The notes beneath the pieces were generated by a model. It worked only from the letters and a program-made list of their open reading frames with translations. It was not told where the DNA came from and did not search any database. The position numbers and the translations under genes are program-made. A DNA stretch of 63,785 bases, filler included, from Octopus bimaculoides (lineage: Eukaryota): NCBI RefSeq assembly GCF_001194135.2. It is 6 parts of 5 records of this genome, joined end to end, with 100 filler letters (N's around TTAATTAATTAA, not from the genome) between each part and the next. Parts side by side here need not be neighbours in the genome. Positions count along the whole stretch, not along the records: positions 37,481 to 61,636 come from NC_068985.1; 5 more parts are not named here. One strand, 5' to 3'. Below, piece by piece: positions 50,698 to 61,636 of this stretch (positions within the stretch are counted from its first letter, which is position 1; each line of letters starts with the position of its first letter).

Positions 50698-51171
50698 TAT
50701 ATACATATATATATATATATATANNNNNNNNNNNNNNNNNNNNNNNNNNNNNNNNNNNNNNNNNNNNNNNNNNNNNNNNNNNNNNNNNNNNNNNNNNNNN
50801 NNNNNNNNNNNNNNNNNNNNNNNNNNNNNNNNNNNNNNNNNNNNNNNNNNNNNNNNNNNNNNNNNNNNNNNNNNNNNNNNNNNNNNNNNNNNNNNNNNNN
50901 NNNNNNNNNNNNNNNNNNNNNNNNNNNNNNNNNNNNNNNNNNNNNNNNNNNNNNNNNNNNNNNNNNNNNNNNNNNNNNNNNNNNNNNNNNNNNNNNNNNN
51001 NNNNNNNNNNNNNNNNNNNNNNNNNNNNNNNNNNNNNNNNNNNNNNNNNNNNNNNNNNNNNNNNNNNNNNNNNNNNNNNNNNNNNNNNNNNNNNNNNNNN
51101 NNNNNNNNNNNNNNNNNNNNNNNNNNNNNNNNNNNNNNNNNNNNNNNNNNNNNNNNNNNNNNNNNNNNNNN

Positions 51172-51242
<71 letters not shown>

Positions 51243-52799
51243 TATATATATATATAGTTATATTTCCGGATTGTTATCTTTTTCTTGCTGAATAAACACA
51301 CGCACTATATACTGTCCTTCACTGCAACTCTCATTTATGATTCTTATTTGAGAGTCCTTTGTCTGAAATCTTTCGTTACACATCCTGTGATAGTTTCAAC
51401 GACTCTCCTTCGTTGGTGTCACCACGTGTTCTGACACGTGAGATGGAGAGTCGTTGAGGAGGTTACTGAATATTTGACGAAGTCTTCTAAACAAAGGCCA
51501 CTAAAATTACAATAATAATAAAACTGAAGTTAAGAATGAGCATACGGTGTGTGTATTTATTTGGCAAAAAAAAAAAGGATCCACTCCGAAATATAAAATA
51601 TCTGATTTTCCTCAGGAATCTTGCGAATGAAATACAGAAGCAAAATATACCCACATACATGCGCGCGCATACACATAAGTATAGAATAGTCGTACAGCAA
51701 TGCACCAATATTTACTGGAAATAGCGGTCGATAATATAAGACACAAAAAAATCATCTCACCTGTAGGTAGAATATTAAGTAAATGTACAACCCACACGTG
51801 GATAATTTAGGGCACTGGGTTTCGAACTTTCTAAATTACGTTTGTTAACGTTAATTTGATTCACTTAGACTCTTCGGCTAGATTCACTTAGACAAAATTT
51901 CGCCACCCACAAACATCTTTCCCCATATATATANNNNNNNNNNNNNNNNNNNNNNNNNNNNNNNNNNNNNNNNNNNNNNNNNNNNNNNNNNNNNNNNNNN
52001 NNNNNNNNNNNNNNNNNNNNNNNNNNNNNNNNNNNNNNNNNNNNNNNNNNNNNNNNNNNNNNNNNNNNNNNNNNNNNNNNNNNNNNNNNNNNNNNNNNNN
52101 NNNNNNNNNNNNNNNNNNNNNNNNNNNNNNNNNNNNNNNNNNNNNNNNNNNNNNNNNNNNNNNNNNNNNNNNNNNNNNNNNNNNNNNNNNNNNNNNNNNN
52201 NNNNNNNNNNNNNNNNNNNNNNNNNNNNNNNNNNNNNNNNNNNNNNNNNNNNNNNNNNNNNNNNNNNNNNNNNNNNNNNNNNNNNNNNNNNNNNNNNNNN
52301 NNNNNNNNNNNNNNNNNNNNNNNNNNNNNNNNNNNNNNNNNNNNNNNNNNNNNNNNNNNNNNNNNNNNNNNNNNNNNNNNNNNNNNNNNNNNNNNNNNNN
52401 NNNNNNNNNNNNNNNNNNNNNNNNNNNNNNNNNNNNNNNNNNNNNNNNNNNNNNNNNNNNNNNNNNNNNNNNNNNNNNNNNNNNNNNNNNNNNNNNNNNN
52501 NNNNNNNNNNNNNNNNNNNNNNNNNNNNNNNNNNNNNNNNNNNNNNNNNNNNNNNNNNNNNNNNNNNNNNNNNNNNNNNNNNNNNNNNNNNNNNNNNNNN
52601 NNNNNNNNNNNNNNNNNNNNNNNNNNNNNNNNNNNNNNNNNNNNNNNNNNNNNNNNNNNNNNNNNNNNNNNNNNNNNNNNNNNNNNNNNNNNNNNNNNNN
52701 NNNNNNNNNNNNNNNNNNNNNNNNNNNNNNNNNNNNNNNNNNNNNNNNNNNNNNNNNNNNNNATATATATATATATATAAAGGGTAAAAATTATTAAAA

Positions 52800-55700
52800 A
52801 CTAGCAATGCATTCCGGCATTGCCCGGATGTTATGGCTCCTTTCGTATGGCGAGAATCGGCAGCACTGATATATAGTTAATGCCATAATGGAAGTTATTG
52901 TTTGTTGAAAACTGAAGGATGGGTAAAATTGCATGAGTTTGATGAAAGTAATTTCTGTTCTTATGAAGGACCACAACCTATGTATTTTTGCATCGTATAA
53001 AAGGGGGTTAATATAATATTGTCCAGAAATCACGTTTTCAATATTTTAATTTACCCCCATCCTCACCGTAATTTCTTAATTTGTAACTTTTTTATCTACG
53101 CACCCATCACTTACTCGCTTTCACTTTTGTCTGATGTTTTCCGCGTGCATAGAATTCTACTGAAATAACAAACTTAAAAAATACCAGACCACCACAAGAA
53201 AACCTGACATGCTAGAAACAACAGGTAAACTTTCCTGCTTAACCAAAAAGTCTTGTAAGTGTGTAAGCTTTTTGAAAGTGGTTAGGTGATGGGTAAAATT
53301 CTTATAGATTCGTACTCTCTGTCTTTTCTCCATAGATTCCAATAAAAAAATATTTGATAATGTAAAAAATGTATTGGGTGTGTAGAGGGAAGAAATTAAA
53401 ATATTGAGAACGTGTTTTGTGTGTGAATTCCTAATCTCCTGTATTGCAGCCATAAGAATCGGAAAACAATTAGGAAAAGAATAAAGCAAGGGAGCGGAAA
53501 CGTCACTTCAGACATGCTAGAAAGAAGAGGTAAAGGACAGGATTTCGGGGAAAACTTTCTTTTAAGTTTATATCGAAAATCAAGTTTATAAATACGCTCA
53601 TCACAAACACAAATTATACAAAAGATAAAAGATCATTTCAATTGGATTTGAGCTTTAAATTTCCTCGTGCATACTGCAATAAATAACATAATTCGGACAG
53701 AAGATTTACTAAAGTGTATGCGCGTGTGTATGTCAAAGGAAGTTATTTTATGGCATTCTTTCGTTTGAAGAAGCAAAGTTGTCAACTTGACATATATGGG
53801 ATCATATGATATTTCGTTAATTTCCCTAAAAGTTTTGTAATTTCTTTATGCTTTGAAGAGAGCAGAAATTGAAAGAGAGCATAAAGTGAAAAAGCAAAAT
53901 TTGCTTTGAATTGAGAAGAGAATGTAAAAGTGAGGAGAAAGTGAAAGATCTACGTGTATATGAAATGGATGCGTGAAAGAGTGCGTGAGTGAGTGAGTGA
54001 CTGAGTGAGTGAGTGACTGAGTGAGTGACTGAGTGAGTGAGTGACTGAGTGAGTGAGTGTGTGAAGGTGTGTGTTGTTATATATGACTTATTTTGAATGT
54101 ATGTGTAAGTGTCACTCACTCGCTCCCTCTCTTTCTTACATACACACGCACATTATCTTTCATATACACGTACATAAATTGGCAGAGGTAAAGAATACGT
54201 ACACCACTAGTTTTCGGCTGAACCCTAACCCTAAGCACCGGATGTGCGTATTCTTTACCTTCAACTATGAATACATATACATATTTCTTTTTTGTGCGTG
54301 AGAATAAGAGAGTGACTGTATGTCCTCATAACATATAGAGAAATGGATGCATTTTAAGGCAATTATTTTGGTTATGACTAATTTTATTACAATATTTATG
54401 TGATTTTCATAAATGTTTCTCCGAGCAGAATTCTACGCATGCGTGAAACATCGAACGAAAGTGAAACATTAGAAGTAAATTGAAATATTGTCCGAAAATG
54501 ACCTCAAAACTGTGCGACCGGCGTAGTTGCCGAAGTGGTTTTAGTTGTAAAAAATAGTTGTTGAGTGAAAAAAATAGTTTATTTGGTTGATAGATAACAA
54601 GCAGCGGCTATGTTTCGTTATAAGTCTCAAAGGTGTCGACGAACTGTCATCCGGATCAGCTGTATTGTTCATTAATTTCTGTAAGTTTTTTTTATTTATT
54701 TACTGTTGTTTTAAAGTGAAGATGAGAAAATGAAAAATTAATGAACGTGTATATGAATTGGACGTGTGTGTGTGGGTGTGTTTGTGTGTGTATGAGTGTG
54801 TGAGAGAGAGAGTGAGTGAGCGAGTGCCACTTACACATACATGAGAACACACACGTTCACTCACTCACTCGCTCTCACACACACGGACATGTACATAAAA
54901 AGATGTGTGCATATGTATTGATGTATGTACGTATACATGACAACATACCCTTTCTCTTTCTCGCTCCTTCTCTTTTTCCCTTCCTCACTTTCTCTCTTTC
55001 TGCCTTCGTCTCTCTCTCTCTATTGTTCTCCCTTCCTCTCTCTTTTTCTCTCTCTTTTCCCTTTCTTTCTCTCTCCCTCTCTCTCTTTCTCTCTTCTTCT
55101 CCCTCTCTCTCTCACACACACTTCCATTTCATATACACGTACATACACCTTTCATTTTCTCCTCTCAATTTAAAACAAAAGTAAATAAAAAAAATACGGA
55201 AATTAACGAACGCAGATGACAGCTCTGCATGTCAAAATGAAAGATAGCATAAGCAACTTTCTGTATTATAATACATATGTGACTAATTCGGAGAAACATT
55301 GCTTTCATTATTTACACATCGTCAGTCTCGTAATCGAACACTGTAATTTTGGTTGGAATTGAAAGTGTGAAACTATTTTCACTTTCTGATGAAACGTAGT
55401 CGTAGTAACTTTCAATATCAGGGCATTTCACTGTCGGGTGGTAAAGTCAAATACATATATTAAGACACACACACACATACAGACATACATTAACGCACAC
55501 CTGAAGACTATCTCTGTCCCTGTGTATGTATGTTTGTGTCTTTAGATGTGTGTGTCAGTCGTCACAAAAATGTATGTATACTAACAGACACAAACACCGT
55601 CACCCACATATGCTTGTCAGTCATAGGAGGCCTAACGTACATAACGAACGCGCGAATACATATTGAAAATGTGACGTCAGCGTCGCTGTAGTGGTGTTCG

Positions 55701-55940
55701 TGTTGGTGGTGGTGTTGCTGCTGCTGGTGGTGGTGATAAAAGATGTCATTTACGATAGGTGACTAAAAGAAAAATGATAAGCTTACATTTTTGTAATGCA
55801 AATAAGTGAATATAAATACAGTTTAGTTGGTAGCTAAAAGCTTACTGAATCTTTTGACACCCCATACGTCAAAAATGGCAACTCGGTTTTGTAATACATA
55901 AGGAACATATGCACGCACACGCACTTACAAACTCTTCATA
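52800..55940 (+). mobile_element. Non-autonomous Helentron/DINE-1-like composite element, copy B (with insertions)
   Basis: Starts ACTAGCAATGCATTCCGGCATTGCCCGG. Blocks 52800-53095, 53560-53720, 54290-54345, 55280-55400 and 55800-55905 are collinear with copy A. Confidence 0.6.
54186..54260. mobile_element. 75-bp mini-MITE carrying (CCCTAA)2
   Basis: AGGTAAAGAATACGTAC ... GTGCGTATTCTTTACCT inverted ends, with AACCCTAACCCTAA inside. Confidence 0.6.
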
Positions 55941-57054
55941 TATATTTGAAAATAATATGTATTCTTGTTTTTATACTATTCATTTGTTTCTTTATAGATT
56001 ATTTTAATAGATATTTTATTTAACACTATATTATTTAGAAGTTATAGTTTCATTTCAACATAATATTAGAACTTCGATTGGAATAGTGTTGATATATTTT
56101 CGATTATTTTTGATTAATATTATTTGATTAATTATTAATCTTTATAGTTTATAATATCGTTAAAGTTTTTTTTAAATCAAAACTTTGTATATATATATAA
56201 AGTTTAACCTTTTATTCTTAATAATTTTTTCTTTCCTAATTTTTTCATTCATAATTTTTTCCATTCATAANNNNNNNNNNNNNNNNNNNNNNNNNNNNNN
56301 NNNNNNNNNNNNNNNNNNNNNNNNNNNNNNNNNNNNNNNNNNNNNNNNNNNNNNNNNNNNNNNNNNNNNNNNNNNNNNNNNNNNNNNNNNNNNNNNNNNN
56401 NNNNNNNNNNNNNNNNNNNNNNNNNNNNNNNNNNNNNNNNNNNNNNNNNNNNNNNNNNNNNNNNNNNNNNNNNNNNNNNNNNNNNNNNNNNNNNNNNNNN
56501 NNNNNNNNNNNNNNNNNNNNNNNNNNNNNNNNNNNNNNNNNNNNNNNNNNNNNNNNNNNNNNNNNNNNNNNNNNNNNNNNNNNNNNNNNNNNNNNNNNNN
56601 NNNNNNNNNNNNNNNNNNNNNNNNNNNNNNNNNNNNNNNNNNNNNNNNNNNNNNNNNNNNNNNNNNNNNNNNNNNNNNNNNNNNNNNNNNNNNNNNNNNN
56701 NNNNNNNNNNNNNNNNNNNNNNNNNNNNNNNNNNNNNNNNNNNNNNNNNNNNNNNNNNNNNNNNNNNNNNNNNNNNNNNNNNNNNNNNNNNNNNNNNNNN
56801 NNNNNNNNNNNNNNNNNNNNNNNNNNNNNNNNNNNNNNNNNNNNNNNNNNNNNNNNNNNNNNNNNNNNNNNNNNNNNNNNNNNNNNNNNNNNNNNNNNNN
56901 NNNNNNNNNNNNNNNNNNNNNNNNNNNNNNNNNNNNNNNNNNNNNNNNNNNNNNNNNNNNNNNNNNNNNNNNNNNNNNNNNNNNNNNNNNNNNNNNNNNN
57001 NNNNNNNNNNNNNGCTCTTCCGATCTACATATAGATAGATTGATAGATAAATAA

Positions 57055-57092
<38 letters not shown>

Positions 57093-57419
57093 TGATAGAT
57101 AGATAGATTGATAGATAGACAGATAATCATTTATACCAGTGGCCAGCATGCGTAAAAAATGTCAGTCAAATTCCCAAACCACGAAAAAACATACCTATTT
57201 AGAGCACTTTTATTGTAAGCAAGCAGGATAATTTGAAAGAATTAAAATATCACTCAATTTAATACTCCGAAGTTTCACCATTAATGATTAAATAAATGAA
57301 TAAATAAATAAATTAATTAATTACTTAATTAATCAACCATTCGTGGATCTGCAGTAGAATCGCTGGGACATAAAATTAGAAAACTCGAATACTTAACGAA
57401 AAGCAAAACAAAGACGCCC

Positions 57420-57905
57420 ATACTGATTCACCTAGTTCAAATTGGTAAAGTGAAAAAGGTGGATAAGTGGGTTCCACATGAACTCAATGAAAATCAGAAA
57501 CAGCGACGTTTGGAAGCCTGCATTATGCTACTTTGTCGTCACAAATATGAATCAATTTTTAATCAAATTGTAACATGGGATGAGAAATGTATCTAATACA
57601 ACAACCACAAATGTTCAGCACAATGGACGGACAATGACGAGCCACCAAATCACAATATAAAATGCAAAATTTATCAAAAGAAGCTGATGGTGTGTGTTTA
57701 GTAATCTGGCGCAGGTGCGATCAATTATGACTTCATTAAACTTGGCTCATCAATTACGGCCGAAGTATACTGCAGCAAACTGGATCAAACGATGCAGAAA
57801 CTTACAAAAAAAAAAAAGCTTAGATTAGTCAACAGATCCACTCCTATTTTATTACAAGACAACTGTATTGACAATATGGGTGCATACATTGATGAATAAA
57901 ACTAT
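57420..57905 (+). pseudogene. Mariner transposase fragment
   Basis: GKVKKVDKWVPHELNENQKQRRLEAC...IVTWDEKCI*Y...KKLMVCV...LQDN: the WVPHEL motif and the first two catalytic aspartates, with stops and a 3' internal deletion. Confidence 0.9.
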
Positions 57906-57959
57906 TCCTTGTATTTATAAAACATTCGCAAACATTTTATTTCCTGTTCTACAAATTTC

Positions 57960-58266
57960 ATACTTGACGGCCTAATAGAACATGCGTTCCTCTAGCCATC
58001 TTCCTGTCATCTTTCTGTCCTTGTGGTAGTAAATTCATGTTGTCAAGTTGCTCGTAAAGGCTTTCTGAAAGCATTCTTGTTAAGAGTTTCCACAATAATG
58101 GTAAGCAAGTGATGAGTTTATAGTTGCTAGCTGTATTAGCCTTGTGCTTACCTTTCATGATAGGTATTGTCCTCCCTCTAGGCATCTAATCTGGTATTAT
58201 TCCTCCTTTAGGAAAACCCTTAAGTTGTTCCCTCAGCCTCCCATGTAAACTACTAAATTTCTTTAG
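57960..58266 (-). mobile_element. R4/Dong-like RT internal fragment
   Basis: GRTIPIMKGK...ASNYKLITCLPLLWKLLT...LLPQGQK...RGT matches NYRPITCLPxxWKLLT...EQKG. Abuts (TTA)n. Confidence 0.8.
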
Positions 58267-58284
58267 CCAGTAAACTTGTACTAA

Positions 58285-58343
<59 letters not shown>

Positions 58344-58418
58344 CATCATTTTTATTATTATTAACAACAGCAACAACAACAATAATAATAATGATAATAA
58401 TGATAATAATAATTATAA

Positions 58419-59874
58419 TATATCTAGGGGTATTTGAAGGGGACAGAATCAAACATTCAGTGATGAGGAAAATATCTGAAGAGAATGTTATCGCAGGGCA
58501 AGAGCAATAAGCAAGACAGAGCTGAATGCAAGAAACAGGATCGAAGTCATCAATACTTTAGCCATACCAGTCGTGACTTACAATTTCAATATCATTAAAT
58601 GGTCAATTACTGAAATATGTAATCTTGACAGAAAAATAGAAAATTCTTGACAATGCAGAGAATGCACTACCCTAAGGAAGATATAGAATAGTTTTATCTA
58701 TCAAGAAAAGAGGGCGGTCGTGGACATACACAACTGGAATTAACAATGAAGATTGCCACAATTGACCTAGACAGCTACCTGAAAAACTCTGATGAGTGGA
58801 TGTTAAAATTTGTCTCAAAACATGAAAACAAGAAAGCATCATACTCAGTAACAAAACAAGCAAAGGAATATCTGAGTGAATTCCAAATGCAACAAATTCT
58901 AGAATTAGACGTACTAGAAACAAGCGCAGAAAAAGCTAAGTGCATGAAAACCCGTGCTAAAACGGCTACCCGAGATATTCTTAATGATAAATGACAAGAA
59001 AAACCTCTCAATGGCAAATACCCAAAGAGAGCGAATAATACCGATGTTGACAAAGCCCTTACTCATCAATTGTTAATGGCTTCTGGCTTAACAGCCCAAT
59101 ATCAATGCCTACCTTAAAGAACGGCAGCTACCAAACATGTCATATATGTCAACAACAAAATGAAATCATTGATTATATCTCCGTGTGCAGTTGTTTTGCG
59201 CCTACAGAGTATCTCAACAGGCATGATAGAGTAGCACAATATATTCACTGGGTAATATGCAAAAACCTGGACCTTCACCATGATAAAAACTGGTGGGAAC
59301 ACAAACCACCTCCGTGCTTGAAAATGATCACATCTCACTCCTCTGAAACTTCACCATTCAAACAGAGAGATATATGAGAATTAGACAGACATATATTGAA
59401 AGACTTCAGACAAAAATCATGTCGCCTTATTGATATGACTGTTCCAATCGATATTAATGTATCTGTCAAAACCTACCAAAACTGAACAAGCATAAATATC
59501 TTGAAACTGAAATTGACAGAATGTGTAACCTGATGGCTAAAGCAATACCTGTTATCATAGGTACCCTATGAATGATAGCAAAAGGGGTTGATTCCTACTT
59601 AGTTCAGATACCAGAAAACCCCAAAATTCAAAAGATAGTGGTCATAGGAACTTCCCATATCCTACGTAAAACACTGTCTATGTAACCTCAAATGTTACAA
59701 CAAATCTCATAATTTTCTAATCTTTTCTTAAACAATCACTAGAACAAGTACAAAACCAAATATATGACACCCTTGGCATGACACTAACATGAACTTCCAA
59801 CTTGCTATCTCTTGAACTCTCTGGGAGAAAGACTTTGAACCAACTTGTACAAATATAAAGCAAAAGGTAAACAT
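58419..59874 (+). mobile_element. R4/Dong-like LINE family E, older decayed copy
   Basis: Collinear with 38210-39595 (KYLG...EGGRG...RHDRVAQYIHW...RPDI...3' UTR), with many stops and indels. Confidence 0.92.
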
Positions 59875-59888
59875 ATTATTATTATTAT

Positions 59889-60187
59889 TTTATGTTTGAC
59901 TTTTGTTTTGCATTTGTACAGGTTGGATCCAAGTCTCACCCAGAGACCTCAATAGACAAGTTAGAAGTTCATGTAGGTGTTATGCCTAGTGTACCATATA
60001 TTTGGATTTGTACAGTTTTGTTCAAGAGAATGTTTAAGAAACCATAAGAAAATTATGTGTTTGCTTTAAAATTTGAGATCACATAGACAGTATTTTACGT
60101 AGGATATGGGCAGTTCCCATGAGCACTATCTTTTGAACTTCAGCCATTTTGGGGTTTCCTGGTATCTGAGCTAGGTAGTAATCAGCC
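59889..60187 (-). mobile_element. R4/Dong-like LINE family E 3' end, inverted (tail-to-tail with the previous copy)
   Basis: Reverse complement matches 39404-39595 and 59580-59874. Confidence 0.92.
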
Positions 60188-61139
60188 CGTTTCGCTGTCA
60201 TTATTATTATTATTATTATTATTNNNNNNNNNNNNNNNNNNNNNNNNNNNNNNNNNNNNNNNNNNNNNNNNNNNNNNNNNNNNNNNNNNNNNNNNNNNNN
60301 NNNNNNNNNNNNNNNNNNNNNNNNNNNNNNNNNNNNNNNNNNNNNNNNNNNNNNNNNNNNNNNNNNNNNNNNNNNNNNNNNNNNNNNNNNNNNNNNNNNN
60401 NNNNNNNNNNNNNNNNNNNNNNNNNNNNNNNNNNNNNNNNNNNNNNNNNNNNNNNNNNNNNNNNNNNNNNNNNNNNNNNNNNNNNNNNNNNNNNNNNNNN
60501 NNNNNNNNNNNNNNNNNNNNNNNNNNNNNNNNNNNNNNNNNNNNNNNNNNNNNNNNNNNNNNNNNNNNNNNNNNNNNNNNNNNNNNNNNNNNNNNNNNNN
60601 NNNNNNNNNNNNNNNNNNNNNNNNNNNNNNNNNNNNNNNNNNNNNNNNNNNNNNNNNNNNNNNNNNNNNNNNNNNNNNNNNNNNNNNNNNNNNNNNNNNN
60701 NNNNNNNNNNNNNNNNNNNNNNNNNNNNNNNNNNNNNNNNNNNNNNNNNNNNNNNNNNNNNNNNNNNNNNNNNNNNNNNNNNNNNNNNNNNNNNNNNNNN
60801 NNNNNNNNNNNNNNNNNNNNNNNNNNNNNNNNNNNNNNNNNNNNNNNNNNNNNNNNNNNNNNNNNNNNNNNNNNNNNNNNNNNNNNNNNNNNNNNNNNNN
60901 NNNNNNNNNNNNNNNNNNNNNNNNNNNNNNNNNNNNNNNNNNNNNNNNNNNNNNNNNNNNNNNNNNNNNNNNNNNNNNNNNNNNNNNNNNNNNNNNNNNN
61001 NNNNNNNNNNNNNNNNNNNNNNNNNNNNNNNNNNNNNNNNNNNNNNNNNNNNNNNNNNNNNNNNNNNNNNNNNNNNNNNNNNNNNNNNNNNNNNNNNNNN
61101 NNNNNNNNNNNNNNNNNNNNNNNNNNNNNNNNNNNNNNN

Positions 61140-61636
61140 AAAATTGCTGCCTTAGATATTATGACTGAAAAATGGCATGGAAGACCTCTCAATGGCAAAT
61201 ACCCAAAGAGAGCGAATAATGCAGATATTAACAAAGCCCTTACCCATCAATGGTTAATGGCCTCTGGCTTGAAATCAAAAACAGAGGGGTTTATCATAGC
61301 AGCCCAAGATCAATGCCTACCTACAATGAACTACCAGGCCAACATATTAAAGAACGGCAGCTCCCCATTATGTCGTATATGCCAACAACAAAATGAGACC
61401 ATCGATCATGTTGTCTCCATATGCAGTTTCCTTGCGCCTACAGTGTATCTCAACAGGCATGATAGAGCTGCACAATATATTCACTGGGTAATATGCAAAA
61501 ACCTGGACTTGCCCCATGATAAAAACTGGTGGGAACACAAACCACCCCCAGTACTTGAAAATGATCACATTGCACTCCTCTGGAACTTCACCATTCAAAC
61601 TGACAGAAAGATAGACGCAAATAGGCCAGATATCAT
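61140..61636 (+). mobile_element. R4/Dong-like LINE family E, young copy between gaps
   Basis: Open frame ...CRICQQQNETIDHVVSIC...RHDRAAQYIHW...LWNFTIQTDRKIDANRPDI. About 17 mismatches in ~335 bp against 38755-39092 by manual count. Confidence 0.95.

Noticed and set aside
53157-53489. 110-aa minus-strand ORF inside Helentron-like copy B
   Set aside because: No recognisable domain or Rep/helicase motif; composition is typical of AT-rich non-coding DNA.
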